Notes: generated from the letters alone by a model not told the origin. Shown: positions 1 to 8,843, counted from the first letter of the stretch. The stretch is 64,000 bases of DNA from an uncultured Clostridium sp. (GCA_930990555.1 CAKNPW010000007.1:406-64405); one strand, 5' to 3'. A program made the numbers and translations.

Positions 1-261
1 GGTCTTTTTTGTGATTTTATGGGAAAAAGGAGTGCTACACAGCCTATTGCAGCAGAAATTATAGATATTAATCGTATAAATTATGGTAGAAGAAATACAG
101 AATATATGTATACATTAACTGTTAAATATACTGTAAATAAAGTAGAGTATATAGCTAAAAATTTAAAAGGATATAGTGAATTAGATGAGAATATGAAAAT
201 TGGAAATCAAATTATTATAAAATATAACCCAAATAATCCAAATGATGTTCGTATGCCATAA
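1..261 (+). CDS. DUF3592-like protein, probably 5'-truncated by the window edge
   Basis: The frame is open from nt 1 (GLFCDF precedes the ATG at 19). The beta-rich C-terminal part (YTLTVKYTVN...IIIKYNPNNPND) resembles DUF3592. Recall-based call. Confidence 0.4.
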   Translation, partial: GLFCDFMGKRSATQPIAAEIIDINRINYGRRNTEYMYTLTVKYTVNKVEYIAKNLKGYSELDENMKIGNQIIIKYNPNNPNDVRMP

Positions 262-301
262 AATATTAATGTATCTAATATAAAGAAGGAGAAATCTATT
301 T

Positions 302-991
302 ATGAGAGTTTTAGATAATGAACTTAAGGATAAACTAATAGATTATGATAAACTATTAAAATATGGATTTATACAAGAGAATGGAACATATTTATATAAA
401 ACGAAGATACATAATGGAGAATTTGAACTCGAAGTTACTGTAAAGAATAATAAAATGCCATCAAAAGTAATTGATTTAATGAATGAAGATGAATATATTC
501 TTGTAGATATTAAAGATAGTACTGGAGAATTTGTTGGTAATCTTAGGAAGGAATATGAAGAAGAATTACAAAATATTATAGAAAAATGTACAGTACCAAA
601 TATATTTAAAAGTGAACAAGCAAAAGAAATAATTAAATATGTAAAAGAAAAATATAATGATGAATTAGAATATCTATGGAAGAAGTTTCCAGAAAACGCC
701 ATCTGGAGAAATAAGAAAAATAACAAATGGTATGGATTACTACTTGTAATATCAGAGAGAAAGTTAGGAATTGAATCAGATAAGATCATTGAGATTATAG
801 ATTTAAGATATTCAAAAGAGAATATAAAAGAAATCATTGATAATAACAAGATATTTCCGGGATATCATATGAATAAAGAAAGTTGGATTACAATAAGATT
901 AAATGGAGATATGAATACGAAAAAAATATTAGAGTTAATAGATAATAGTTACAAGTTATCATTAGCGAAATCAAAAAGAGGTACAGCATAA
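302..991 (+). CDS. MmcQ/YjbR family DNA-binding protein
   Basis: 229 aa. The C-terminal half (NAIWRNKKNNKWYGLLLVISERKLG ... GYHMNKESWITIRL) matches the YjbR/MmcQ signature. RBS aaggag lies upstream. Confidence 0.7.
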   Translation: MRVLDNELKDKLIDYDKLLKYGFIQENGTYLYKTKIHNGEFELEVTVKNNKMPSKVIDLMNEDEYILVDIKDSTGEFVGNLRKEYEEELQNIIEKCTVPNIFKSEQAKEIIKYVKEKYNDELEYLWKKFPENAIWRNKKNNKWYGLLLVISERKLGIESDKIIEIIDLRYSKENIKEIIDNNKIFPGYHMNKESWITIRLNGDMNTKKILELIDNSYKLSLAKSKRGTA

Positions 992-1563
992 TGAAAACTA
1001 GATGTAAATGGTGTAATGTAAAAAATGAATTGTATATAAAATATCATGATGAAGAATGGTGTAAACCAAATTTTGATGATAAGTATTTGTTTGAAATGCT
1101 AATATTAGAATCTTTTCAAGCAGGGCTTTCTTGGGAATGTGTATTAAATAAAAGAGAAAGTTTTAGAAAGGCATATGATAATTTTGACTTAGACAAAGTT
1201 TGTTTGTATGATGAAACTAAGATAAATGAACTATTAGTGAATAAAGATATAATAAGAAATAAATTAAAAATAAAAGCAAGTATAAATAATGCTAAAATTT
1301 TTAAGACTATAAAAGATGAATATGGAACTTTTTATAATTATTTAGAAACTTTTTCTAAAGACAAAATAATTTATGAAACTGGAAAAACTACAAATGCTTT
1401 ATCTGATGAAATATCAAAAGATTTGAAAAAAAGAGGAATGAAACTTGTAGGTTCAACAATAATTTATTCATATTTGCAGGCAATAGGAATTATAAATTCG
1501 CATGATAAAGACAGCTTTTTATATAATCAAAAAAATCGTAAGGAGATAATTGATGGAAGATAA
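991..1563 (+). CDS. tag: DNA-3-methyladenine glycosylase I
   Basis: N-terminal CKWC...YHDEEWCKP zinc motif and FEMLILESFQAGLSW are typical of Tag. The start overlaps the upstream stop (ATAATG). Confidence 0.9.
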   Translation: MKTRCKWCNVKNELYIKYHDEEWCKPNFDDKYLFEMLILESFQAGLSWECVLNKRESFRKAYDNFDLDKVCLYDETKINELLVNKDIIRNKLKIKASINNAKIFKTIKDEYGTFYNYLETFSKDKIIYETGKTTNALSDEISKDLKKRGMKLVGSTIIYSYLQAIGIINSHDKDSFLYNQKNRKEIIDGR

Positions 1564-1807
1564 ACAAATATTACTTAATAATATAGATAAAATTCATACT
1601 ACTGAAATGGGAATTGGTAGAATTAAGAAAAATCTTGAATTGTATACTAATGATGTTGTAGACTTTTGCAAAAATAAAGTCTTAGCTAAAAACTGTAATA
1701 TCTATAAACAAGGCAAAAATTGGTATTGCGAAATTGATAATATTAAAATAACAATAAATTCATATAGTTATACAATTATAACAGCGCATAAATTAAAGTG
1801 TAAATAG
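1550..1807 (+). CDS. DUF3781 domain protein
   Basis: 85 aa. IHTTEMGIGRIKKNL motif. Overlaps the tag 3' end by 14 nt. Confidence 0.65.
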   Translation: MMEDKQILLNNIDKIHTTEMGIGRIKKNLELYTNDVVDFCKNKVLAKNCNIYKQGKNWYCEIDNIKITINSYSYTIITAHKLKCK

Positions 1808-1974
1808 ATGATATATATAGAATAGAGTGAAGTGAAAAGGTTGTACTTCACTTTATTTTTTTACTAAAAATAATAAAAGCAATAGTATCCAAAGGGAAAC
1901 TAAGGCACATTAAAGTGCGTACTTCACAAGTAAATATAATGGAAGTATAATTTATAACAATAGGAGGTAGAAAC

Positions 1975-2763
1975 TTGGAAAAGTTAGATTATTTAATAAA
2001 TTATTTATTAAAAGAAAGAAATGAATCTATAGAAATTAATAATTTATCTTATGAAGATAAAAAAAGAATATGTCGTTCTTTGTGTAATATAAGAGCTGCA
2101 AAACCAATTTCAGAAGAATATTTAAAAATAGAAAATGAGTATTTACAAGAAGAACTTAACAAAAAGAATATTACAAATATAGCAGAAATAAAAACAGTCC
2201 AAAATTCTAATTTAAAATACAAAGATAAAATATGCTTATGGAAAGGCGATATAACTACCTTAAAAATAGATGCTATTGTAAATGCAGCAAATTCACAAGG
2301 GTTAGGATGTTTTGTCCCAATGCATTCTTGCGTGGATAATATCATTGGAAGCAATGCAGGTGTTTCACTTAGGCTTGAATGTAATGAAATTATGAAGAAC
2401 AAAAATTATTTCCTTCCAACCGGGGAAGCATTTATAACAAAAGGATACAATTTACCAGCAAAATATGTAATTCATACAGTTGGACCAATAATTTATGAGA
2501 GTGTAACAACAAAAGAAGAAAAAGAATTAATCAATTGCTATATTAATTCATTAAATTTAGCTATTCAAAACGGGATAAGAACCATTGCATTTCCTTGTAT
2601 TTCAACTGGAGAATTCAGATTTCCACAGACACAAGCTTGTAAGCTTGCAATATCAGCAGTAGAAACTTTTTTAACAGAACATGAAACTGATGTAGATAAA
2701 ATTGTATTTAATGTTTATAAAGAGGAGGATTATAACATCTATGAACAAAATATTAGAAGTTAA
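1975..2763 (+). CDS. Macrodomain protein (protein-ADP-ribose hydrolase type, sirtuin-linked)
   Basis: TTG start after aggaggt. Macro motifs WKGDITTLKIDAIVNAANS, GCF..HSCVDN and IAFPCISTGEF. The ~80-aa N-terminal extension is as in Staphylococcus/Streptococcus sirtuin-linked macrodomains. Confidence 0.85.
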   Translation: MEKLDYLINYLLKERNESIEINNLSYEDKKRICRSLCNIRAAKPISEEYLKIENEYLQEELNKKNITNIAEIKTVQNSNLKYKDKICLWKGDITTLKIDAIVNAANSQGLGCFVPMHSCVDNIIGSNAGVSLRLECNEIMKNKNYFLPTGEAFITKGYNLPAKYVIHTVGPIIYESVTTKEEKELINCYINSLNLAIQNGIRTIAFPCISTGEFRFPQTQACKLAISAVETFLTEHETDVDKIVFNVYKEEDYNIYEQNIRS

Positions 2764-3568
2764 GGAATTAATAAATGATGCAGAATATATTTTGATTGGT
2801 GCTGGTGCAGGTCTTTCTACAGCAGCTGGAATTGAATATTCTGGTAAAAGATTTACAGACAATTTCGCAGAATTTATAAAAAAATATAATTTTACAGATA
2901 TGTATACATCTTCGTTTTATGATTTCGAAACAGAAGAGGAAAAATGGGCATATTGGGCAAAACGCATATATGTTAATAATACTGGAATGGAAGCAACAGA
3001 GCTTTACAAAAAATTATTTGATTTAGTAAAAAGTAAAAACTATTTTGTTATAACCACAAATGTAGATGATCAATTTTATAAAGCAGGATTTGATAAGGAC
3101 AAGATATTTGCAACACAGGGAAGTTACAGATATACTCAATGCGGAATAGCGTGTCACAATAAATTATATGATGCAAAAGATTTAGTAGCAAAAATGTTAG
3201 AAAATACGCACGATTGTAAAATACCTTCAGAACTTGTTCCAGTATGTCCAGTATGCGGAGAAACAATGGATGTAAATATTAGGAAAGATGCATATTTTGT
3301 AGAAGATGAGCATTGGTATAAGCAAGATGAAAGATATGGAGAGTTTTTAGATACGACAAAAAATAATAAAGTTTTATTATTGGAATTAGGAGTAGGATTT
3401 AATACTCCGGGAATTATTAGAATTCCATTTGAGCAAATGACATATAAAAATCTTAATTGGAAATTAGTGAGAATAAATAAAGACGATTGCAAAACATTTT
3501 TAGATATTGAAGATAGAAGCCTATTAATTGAAGATGATATAAGTAAGGTTTTAAATGAAATTATATAA
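2741..3568 (+). CDS. SIR2-family protein, macrodomain-linked (SirTM-like) sirtuin
   Basis: ATG at 2741, 12 nt after agaggagga. NAD-binding GAGAGLSTAAGI and a Cys4 zinc ribbon (QCGIAC ... CPVCG). Overlaps the macro gene by 23 nt. The longer TTG-2702 ORF start is unlikely. Confidence 0.8.
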   Translation: MNKILEVKELINDAEYILIGAGAGLSTAAGIEYSGKRFTDNFAEFIKKYNFTDMYTSSFYDFETEEEKWAYWAKRIYVNNTGMEATELYKKLFDLVKSKNYFVITTNVDDQFYKAGFDKDKIFATQGSYRYTQCGIACHNKLYDAKDLVAKMLENTHDCKIPSELVPVCPVCGETMDVNIRKDAYFVEDEHWYKQDERYGEFLDTTKNNKVLLLELGVGFNTPGIIRIPFEQMTYKNLNWKLVRINKDDCKTFLDIEDRSLLIEDDISKVLNEII

Positions 3569-3667
3569 TCAAATAAAAAGCATGTAATTTACGTTGAAAA
3601 TTATGTGCTTTTTTGATAATATGAAGGTATAATTATAAAGAGTAATTTATAAGGAGAACTTTAAAGT

Positions 3668-4108
3668 ATGAAAAGGAAAATAATTATTATAAGTTTAGTT
3701 GTTATATTTCTTATATTAGCAATAGTATTATTGATGAATCTAAATAAAAATAGTAAAAAAGATATCAACGAAATTTTAGTACAGAAAAAAATTTATAACT
3801 ATCCATATTTAACAGTAATAGAAATAGATATGAATGGAGATATTTTAAGGAGTAAGATAATTGATGAATTAACTTTGGAAGGTAAGCCACAGCATAACTT
3901 TTCTAAAATTGGAACTACTTCTGAAGAAGAGTTAATTACAATAAAAAATATTATTGAAGAAATGAAAAAAGAAACATTGAAAAGTTCCAATTTTTCTGAA
4001 AATTATGGAATATCAGTAAATATAGGAGAAGATACGCTATACGGAGGAGAATATTTTTCACAGGAGGATGTTGATAAATTAAATGCCATTATACAGAAAT
4101 ATGAATGA
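3668..4108 (+). CDS. Hypothetical membrane-anchored protein
   Basis: 146 aa with one N-terminal TM helix (IIIISLVVIFLILAIVLLM). No recognisable domain. Confidence 0.45.
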   Translation: MKRKIIIISLVVIFLILAIVLLMNLNKNSKKDINEILVQKKIYNYPYLTVIEIDMNGDILRSKIIDELTLEGKPQHNFSKIGTTSEEELITIKNIIEEMKKETLKSSNFSENYGISVNIGEDTLYGGEYFSQEDVDKLNAIIQKYE

Positions 4109-4162
4109 TTTTATAATTTAAAAAATATAAAATAGGTTTAGCAACAAATTTACCATAAATAT

Positions 4163-4191
4163 TTGACAAATAGAAAAAAAGGCAATATAAT
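4163..4191 (+). promoter_or_regulatory. Sigma-A type promoter of the pheST leader
   Basis: TTGACA (4163-4168), 17-nt spacer, TATAAT (4186-4191): perfect consensus. Confidence 0.65.
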
Positions 4192-4197
4192 CTAGAA

Positions 4198-4422
4198 GAC
4201 TAATAAATGTTGACGAAGAAATTATCAAAGTAGTTAATTTGAAACTCTAACCAGGGAATTGTAGTCATAGACTGTAAGCTACAATAGAAAGACATATTAA
4301 CGAATTTCAATAATGGAGTCAAATCGTGTAAGAGCGTTAATCTGTAATGAGGTAGTAGAGATACTATAAAAAAAGGTGGTACCACGAGCAAATCGTCCTT
4401 TTAGGATGATTGCTCGTTTTTT
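4198..4422 (+). promoter_or_regulatory. T-box riboswitch leader (Phe specifier) controlling pheS-pheT
   Basis: Conserved T-box sequence AAAGGTGGTACCACGAG at 4371-4388 overlaps the 5' arm of the terminator hairpin. A UUC followed by A at about 4306-4309 sits in a stem I context. Located directly upstream of pheS. Confidence 0.85.
4386..4422 (+). terminator. T-box intrinsic terminator
   Basis: Stem gagcaaatcgtcc/ggatgattgctc followed by TTTTTT. Confidence 0.8.
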
Positions 4423-4440
4423 GATTTTAAGACCACATAC

Positions 4441-4540
4441 AAATAGGAAAATAGGGAGTATGGAATAGGGAAATAGGGACGTTCCTGAAATCCCTATTCG
4501 AAAACAAAAAAGGGAAAAAAAGAACGTCCCCAAATCCATT
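4441..4540. repeat. Palindromic repeat family, locus a (forward unit plus inverted partial unit)
   Basis: aaataggaaaatagggag..aatagggaaatAGGGACGTTCCtgAAATCCCTATT at 4441-4498 and agggaaaaaaaGAACGTCCCCAAATCCatt at 4511-4540. Near-identical to the locus at 49251-49344. Confidence 0.75.
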
Positions 4541-4556
4541 AGAAAGGAAAAGGTTT

Positions 4557-5594
4557 ATGAAAGAGAAATTAGAAGAAATCAAAACAAAAGGTTTAGAGAA
4601 AATTAAAAACGTAAAGACTATCGCTGAACTTGAAGAAGTCAGAAAAGAATTAACTGGTAAAAAAAGCGGATTATCAGAAGTTTTAAAATCTATGAAAGAT
4701 TTACCAGTAGAAGAGAAAAAGACAATTGGAATGATGGCAACAGAGATAAAAAATACATTTTTAAGTAATTTACAAGAAAAAGAAGAAGAAATAATTGCTT
4801 CTATGAGTGTATTAGATGAACCAATTGATTTAACTATTCCTGGTAAAAAGGTAAGTGGAGGAGCACTTCATCCAATAACTCAAATGAAACATGACTTAAA
4901 TGATGCATTCTTATCTTTAGGCTTTGAAGTATTCAACGAAGATGATATAAGTAGTGAAAAATATGCATTTGATAATTTGAACTTTGCTAAAAACCATCCT
5001 GCACGTCAATCTATGGACACATATTGGCTTGAAGGAACAGAAGATAAAGAAGGTGCAGAAAGATTATGCTTAAGACCACATTTAACAGGTGGTTCTGTAA
5101 GATATTTACTAAAACATGGAGCACCAGCAAGATTTGTATATCCAGGAGAAGTATATAGAAATGAAACAACTGATGCTAGACATGAAAGAGCATTCTTCCA
5201 ATATGAAGCATTAATAGTTGATAAAGATATATCTTTTTCATCAGGTATGGTTATGATTCAAACAATCTTAGAAAAAGTTTTTGGAAGAAAAATAAAAACA
5301 AGAATGAGAGAAGGATTCTTCCCATTTACAGAACCAGGATATGAAATAGATATGGAATGTTTAGTATGTGGGGGAAAAGGATGTAAAGTATGTAATCATA
5401 ATGGATGGATAGAAGTTATGCCAGGTGGTGTAATTCATCCAAATGTATTAAAATCAGCAGGATTAGATCCAGACATATGGACAGGATTCTATATTAATAT
5501 TGGATTAGATAGATTAGTAATGATGAGATATGGAGTAGATGATGTACGTTTATTCCATAGTGGAGATTTAAGATTTTTAAAACAATTTAAATAG
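4557..5594 (+). CDS. pheS: Phenylalanine--tRNA ligase alpha subunit
   Basis: 345 aa. Class II aaRS motifs (HPARQSMDTYW, FRNE-like YRNETTDARH, GFYINIGLDRL). Preceded by a T-box. Confidence 0.97.
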   Translation: MKEKLEEIKTKGLEKIKNVKTIAELEEVRKELTGKKSGLSEVLKSMKDLPVEEKKTIGMMATEIKNTFLSNLQEKEEEIIASMSVLDEPIDLTIPGKKVSGGALHPITQMKHDLNDAFLSLGFEVFNEDDISSEKYAFDNLNFAKNHPARQSMDTYWLEGTEDKEGAERLCLRPHLTGGSVRYLLKHGAPARFVYPGEVYRNETTDARHERAFFQYEALIVDKDISFSSGMVMIQTILEKVFGRKIKTRMREGFFPFTEPGYEIDMECLVCGGKGCKVCNHNGWIEVMPGGVIHPNVLKSAGLDPDIWTGFYINIGLDRLVMMRYGVDDVRLFHSGDLRFLKQFK

Positions 5595-5608
5595 AAAGGA
5601 TTTTGAAT

Positions 5609-8026
5609 ATGAAAGTATCATTAAATTTAATTAGAAAATATGTTGATTTACCTGAAGGTTTAACTGATGAACAAATTGCCTATGATATGACACTTCGAAC
5701 AGTAGAAGTAGAAGAAGTCGAAAATACTGCCAAAAAATTTCATGACATAGTTGTAGGAGAAATTTTAGAAATAAAAGAACATCCAAATGCTGATAAATTA
5801 AGAATATGTATGGTAGATATTGGAGAAGAAGAACCTGTACAAATCGTATGTGGTGGTTCTAACCTTTATGTTGGAGAACATGTAGTAGTATCAAAACCAG
5901 GAGCAGAAGTTGTTTGGCATGGTCAAGGAGAACCAGTTAAAATAACAAAAACAAAAATGAGAGGAGAAAGCTCTTACGGAATGATTTGTGCTTCAACAGA
6001 AGTATATTTAAGTGATTTCTTCCCAAACGAAGGTGAAGAAGAAATAGTTGATTTAAAAGATTTTGATTGTAAGCCAGGAGATAGTGTTGCAGATTTATTT
6101 GGAATGAATGATACAGTATTAGAAATAGATAATAAATCTTTATCTAATAGACCAGATTTATGGGGCCATTATGGAATTGCAAGAGAATTATCAGCTATAT
6201 ATGATGCACCATTAAAAGAATTACCAAAATTCGAATTACCTAAAGTTCCAGAATACAGTGTAGAAATAAAAGATACAACTAAATGCAATAGATATGTAGC
6301 TGTAGAAATAGATGGTATATATGAAAAACAATCTCCAATGTGGATGCAATCATTATTATCAAAAGTAGGTCAAAGACCAATAAATGCTATTGTAGATATA
6401 ACAAATTATGTAATGATGGCAGTAGGTCAACCACTTCATGCTTTTGACAAAACACATGTAAGTGGAGAAAAAATAATAGTAAGAAATGCCAAAGAAAATG
6501 AAAAATTATTATTATTAGATAATAACTTTATCGAGCTTTCAACAGATGATTTAGTAATATGCGATGAAAGTGATGCAATGGCATTAGCAGGAATTAAAGG
6601 TGGTAAAAAAGATTCTATTCTACCAGATACAAAAGGAGTTGTATTAGAAGTAGCAAACTTCTCTGCAGATACAGTTAGACAAACAGATAAAAAATTTGCA
6701 GAAAAAACAGAAGCTTCAATGAGATTTGAAAAAGGTGTTGATACACAAAGAGTAGATGAAGGATTAAATTTAGCATTAAGATTAATTAAAGAAATATTCC
6801 CAGATAGCAAAATAATTAAATATGCAGATGTTTATCCAAACGAAACTAAAAAGAATGAAATAAAAGTAAGTGAAGAATTCTTGGATACAAGATTAGGAAA
6901 GAAGATACCACAAGAGAAGATTGAACAAATTTTAACAGCTCTTGGATATGAAATATCTTTAAATAACGGAGAATATGATGTAATAGTTCCAACATGGAGA
7001 TCAACAGGTGACGTTACAATTAAAGATGATGTAATGGGAGATATTGCAAGAATACTAAGCTTTGATAGTTTTGAAGCAAAACCAATTACTATAACTTTTG
7101 AACATTCTGTAAAACAAAATGATGTTTTACTTGAAAGAAGAATTAAAGAATATTTAGCATATAGATGCGGATTTTATGAAATTTTCACATATCCATGGAT
7201 TGAAGAAAAATATATTAAAGCAGCAGGAATAGATATGGAAAAATCTTTAAAATTAGCAACTCCACCAGCACCAGATTTAGCATATTTAAGAAGTTCTTTA
7301 ATACCAGGAATGTTAGAAGCAGTTGCTAAAAACTTAAGATACTATGATGAATTTAGATTATTTGATTGTGAAGAAGTTTATGAAAAAGGTGATTATAGAC
7401 CATCTTCAGAAGATGAAATTTTACCAATTCAAAAGAATTATTTAACTGGATGTATAGTTGGAAAAGATGCTAAAGAAATATTCTATGAAGCAAAAGGTGT
7501 AATTGAAAATATGGCTGAGTACTGCCATATGGAAGAACTTAAATTAGAAAAAATGGAGAAGCCATATTGGGCAGATGTTAATGCATACTTAAATGTAGTT
7601 AAAGGTAATGAAGTAATTGGAACATTAGGATTAGTTTCAGTTAAAGTAATGGCAGATACTAAAATAAAAAGAACTAATGTAGCAATGTTTGAAATAAATA
7701 CAGAAAAATTTGTTCCATATGCTTCAAGAACTAATGAATATGAAAGATTACCAGAACTACCATTAGTAGAAAAAGATTTGTCAATTATAGTTGATGAGGA
7801 AATTACATGGAAACAAATTGAAGAAAACATCAAAGCAAAAGTTAAAGAAATTGAATTTGTAGATGAGTATAGAGGAAATCAAATTCCAGAAGGAAAAAAA
7901 TCAATTACATTAAAAGTAAAAATACTTAATGAAGGAACAACTATGACATCAGAACAAATAAATGAGAAAATGAATAGCATATTAAAAACACTAGACAAGA
8001 GATGTGGAGCTAAACTAAGAGATTAA
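5609..8026 (+). CDS. pheT: Phenylalanine--tRNA ligase beta subunit
   Basis: ATG at 5609 (MKVSLNLIRKYV, the typical PheT N-terminus) 8 nt after gaaagga. tRNA-binding, B3/4, B5 and FDX-ACB order. The TTG at 5603 is less likely. Confidence 0.97.
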   Translation: MKVSLNLIRKYVDLPEGLTDEQIAYDMTLRTVEVEEVENTAKKFHDIVVGEILEIKEHPNADKLRICMVDIGEEEPVQIVCGGSNLYVGEHVVVSKPGAEVVWHGQGEPVKITKTKMRGESSYGMICASTEVYLSDFFPNEGEEEIVDLKDFDCKPGDSVADLFGMNDTVLEIDNKSLSNRPDLWGHYGIARELSAIYDAPLKELPKFELPKVPEYSVEIKDTTKCNRYVAVEIDGIYEKQSPMWMQSLLSKVGQRPINAIVDITNYVMMAVGQPLHAFDKTHVSGEKIIVRNAKENEKLLLLDNNFIELSTDDLVICDESDAMALAGIKGGKKDSILPDTKGVVLEVANFSADTVRQTDKKFAEKTEASMRFEKGVDTQRVDEGLNLALRLIKEIFPDSKIIKYADVYPNETKKNEIKVSEEFLDTRLGKKIPQEKIEQILTALGYEISLNNGEYDVIVPTWRSTGDVTIKDDVMGDIARILSFDSFEAKPITITFEHSVKQNDVLLERRIKEYLAYRCGFYEIFTYPWIEEKYIKAAGIDMEKSLKLATPPAPDLAYLRSSLIPGMLEAVAKNLRYYDEFRLFDCEEVYEKGDYRPSSEDEILPIQKNYLTGCIVGKDAKEIFYEAKGVIENMAEYCHMEELKLEKMEKPYWADVNAYLNVVKGNEVIGTLGLVSVKVMADTKIKRTNVAMFEINTEKFVPYASRTNEYERLPELPLVEKDLSIIVDEEITWKQIEENIKAKVKEIEFVDEYRGNQIPEGKKSITLKVKILNEGTTMTSEQINEKMNSILKTLDKRCGAKLRD

Positions 8027-8067
8027 TGAACTTTGAACGAAAGATTATGAACTTTGAATGAAAGATT
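8026..8067 (+). repeat. Two tandem 21-nt direct repeats abutting the -35 of the type III TA promoter
   Basis: atgaactttgaacgaaagatt (8026-8046) and atgaactttgaatgaaagatt (8047-8067), 20/21 identical. Confidence 0.8.
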
Positions 8068-8072
8068 AATTA

Positions 8073-8102
8073 TTGACAAAGAAGCATATTTTATGCTATT
8101 AT
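8073..8102 (+). promoter_or_regulatory. Extended -10 sigma-A promoter driving the antitoxin repeats and toxin
   Basis: TTGACA (8073-8078), 18-nt spacer, TGcTATTAT (8094-8102). Confidence 0.65.
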
Positions 8103-8138
8103 GAATATACTAATTAAGAATGCTTCTATTCTTAATAT

Positions 8139-8290
8139 AAATGCATTTGTCGCTACCTCTTTGGCGACTAATAAATGAGAGAGTGAATAAATGTGTTTGT
8201 CGCTACCTCTTTAAGCGACTAATAAATGAGAGAGTGAATAAATGTGTTTGTCGCTACCTTTTTAAGCGACTAACAAATTAAAGAGTGAAT
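8139..8290 (+). ncRNA. Type III antitoxin RNA: three tandem 50/51/51-nt repeats (ToxI/CptI-like)
   Basis: Units at 8139-8188, 8189-8239 and 8240-8290. Consensus aaatgtgtttGTCGCtacctctttaaGCGACtaataaatgagagagtgaat. Contiguous with no spacers. Lies between the promoter and terminator, immediately 5' of a ToxN-like ORF. Confidence 0.75.
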
Positions 8291-8297
8291 AAATTAT

Positions 8298-8333
8298 GGG
8301 GGCTTATCAGAAATGATAAGCCCTTTATTTTTT
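8298..8333 (+). terminator. Intrinsic terminator between the antitoxin repeats and the toxin gene
   Basis: gggcttatc-agaaat-gataagccc followed by tttattttttt. This position matches the attenuating terminator of type III TA loci. Confidence 0.85.
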
Positions 8334-8349
8334 AAAGGGAGATATTAGT

Positions 8350-8843
8350 ATGCAAATTAAAATTGGTTGTTTTTATTTTATAAAAGATACTTTTTTGAAA
8401 TTATAGATGATCCAAAATTGATGCAAAATAAAGAAAATGGAAATAAAAGACCATGTTATTATTGTTTTAAAAGTAAAAAATATGATAACATTATCTGGTT
8501 TATACCTATTAGCACGAAAATAGATAAATATAAAAAAGTTTATAATAATAAAATAGAAAAACAATTAAAGTTAGGAAAAAAGATTTCGGTTGATACTTTG
8601 GTTTTCGGAAAAGTTGCAAATACATTTAGTGCCTTTTTAATTCAGAATATGTTTCCTGTAACAAAACAATATGTAGAAAATCAATATCTAAAAAATAAAG
8701 TGCCTATAAGAGTGTCAAACAGATTACAGACAGAAATAATATATAAAGCTAATAAAGTTTTAAATTTATATAAACACGGAATGAAAAATATTATTTTTCC
8801 TAATATTGATAGAATTCTAGAACAACTATTAAAAGATATATGA
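8350..8843 (+). CDS. Type III TA toxin, ToxN/AbiQ/CptN-like endoribonuclease (N-terminus apparently out of frame at a T6 tract)
   Basis: The long ORF 8367-8843 (TTG) has RPCYYCF..IIWFIPISTKIDKY and AFLIQNMFPV motifs resembling the ToxN/AbiQ-type fold. The strong RBS agggag plus ATG at 8350 encodes MQIKIGCFYFIKDTF in the other frame. One extra T in the T6 run (8391-8396) would fuse them into MQIKIGCFYFIKDTFFEIIDDPKLMQNK. Confidence 0.7.

Noticed and set aside
8139-8290. Tandem repeats considered as a CRISPR array or as a CsrA/anti-SD sponge sRNA (hairpin loops contain ACCUCUUU)
   Set aside because: The units are contiguous without spacers, number only three, and have no cas genes nearby. The promoter-repeats-terminator-toxin layout is explained better by a type III antitoxin. 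The anti-SD idea remains untested but is unnecessary.
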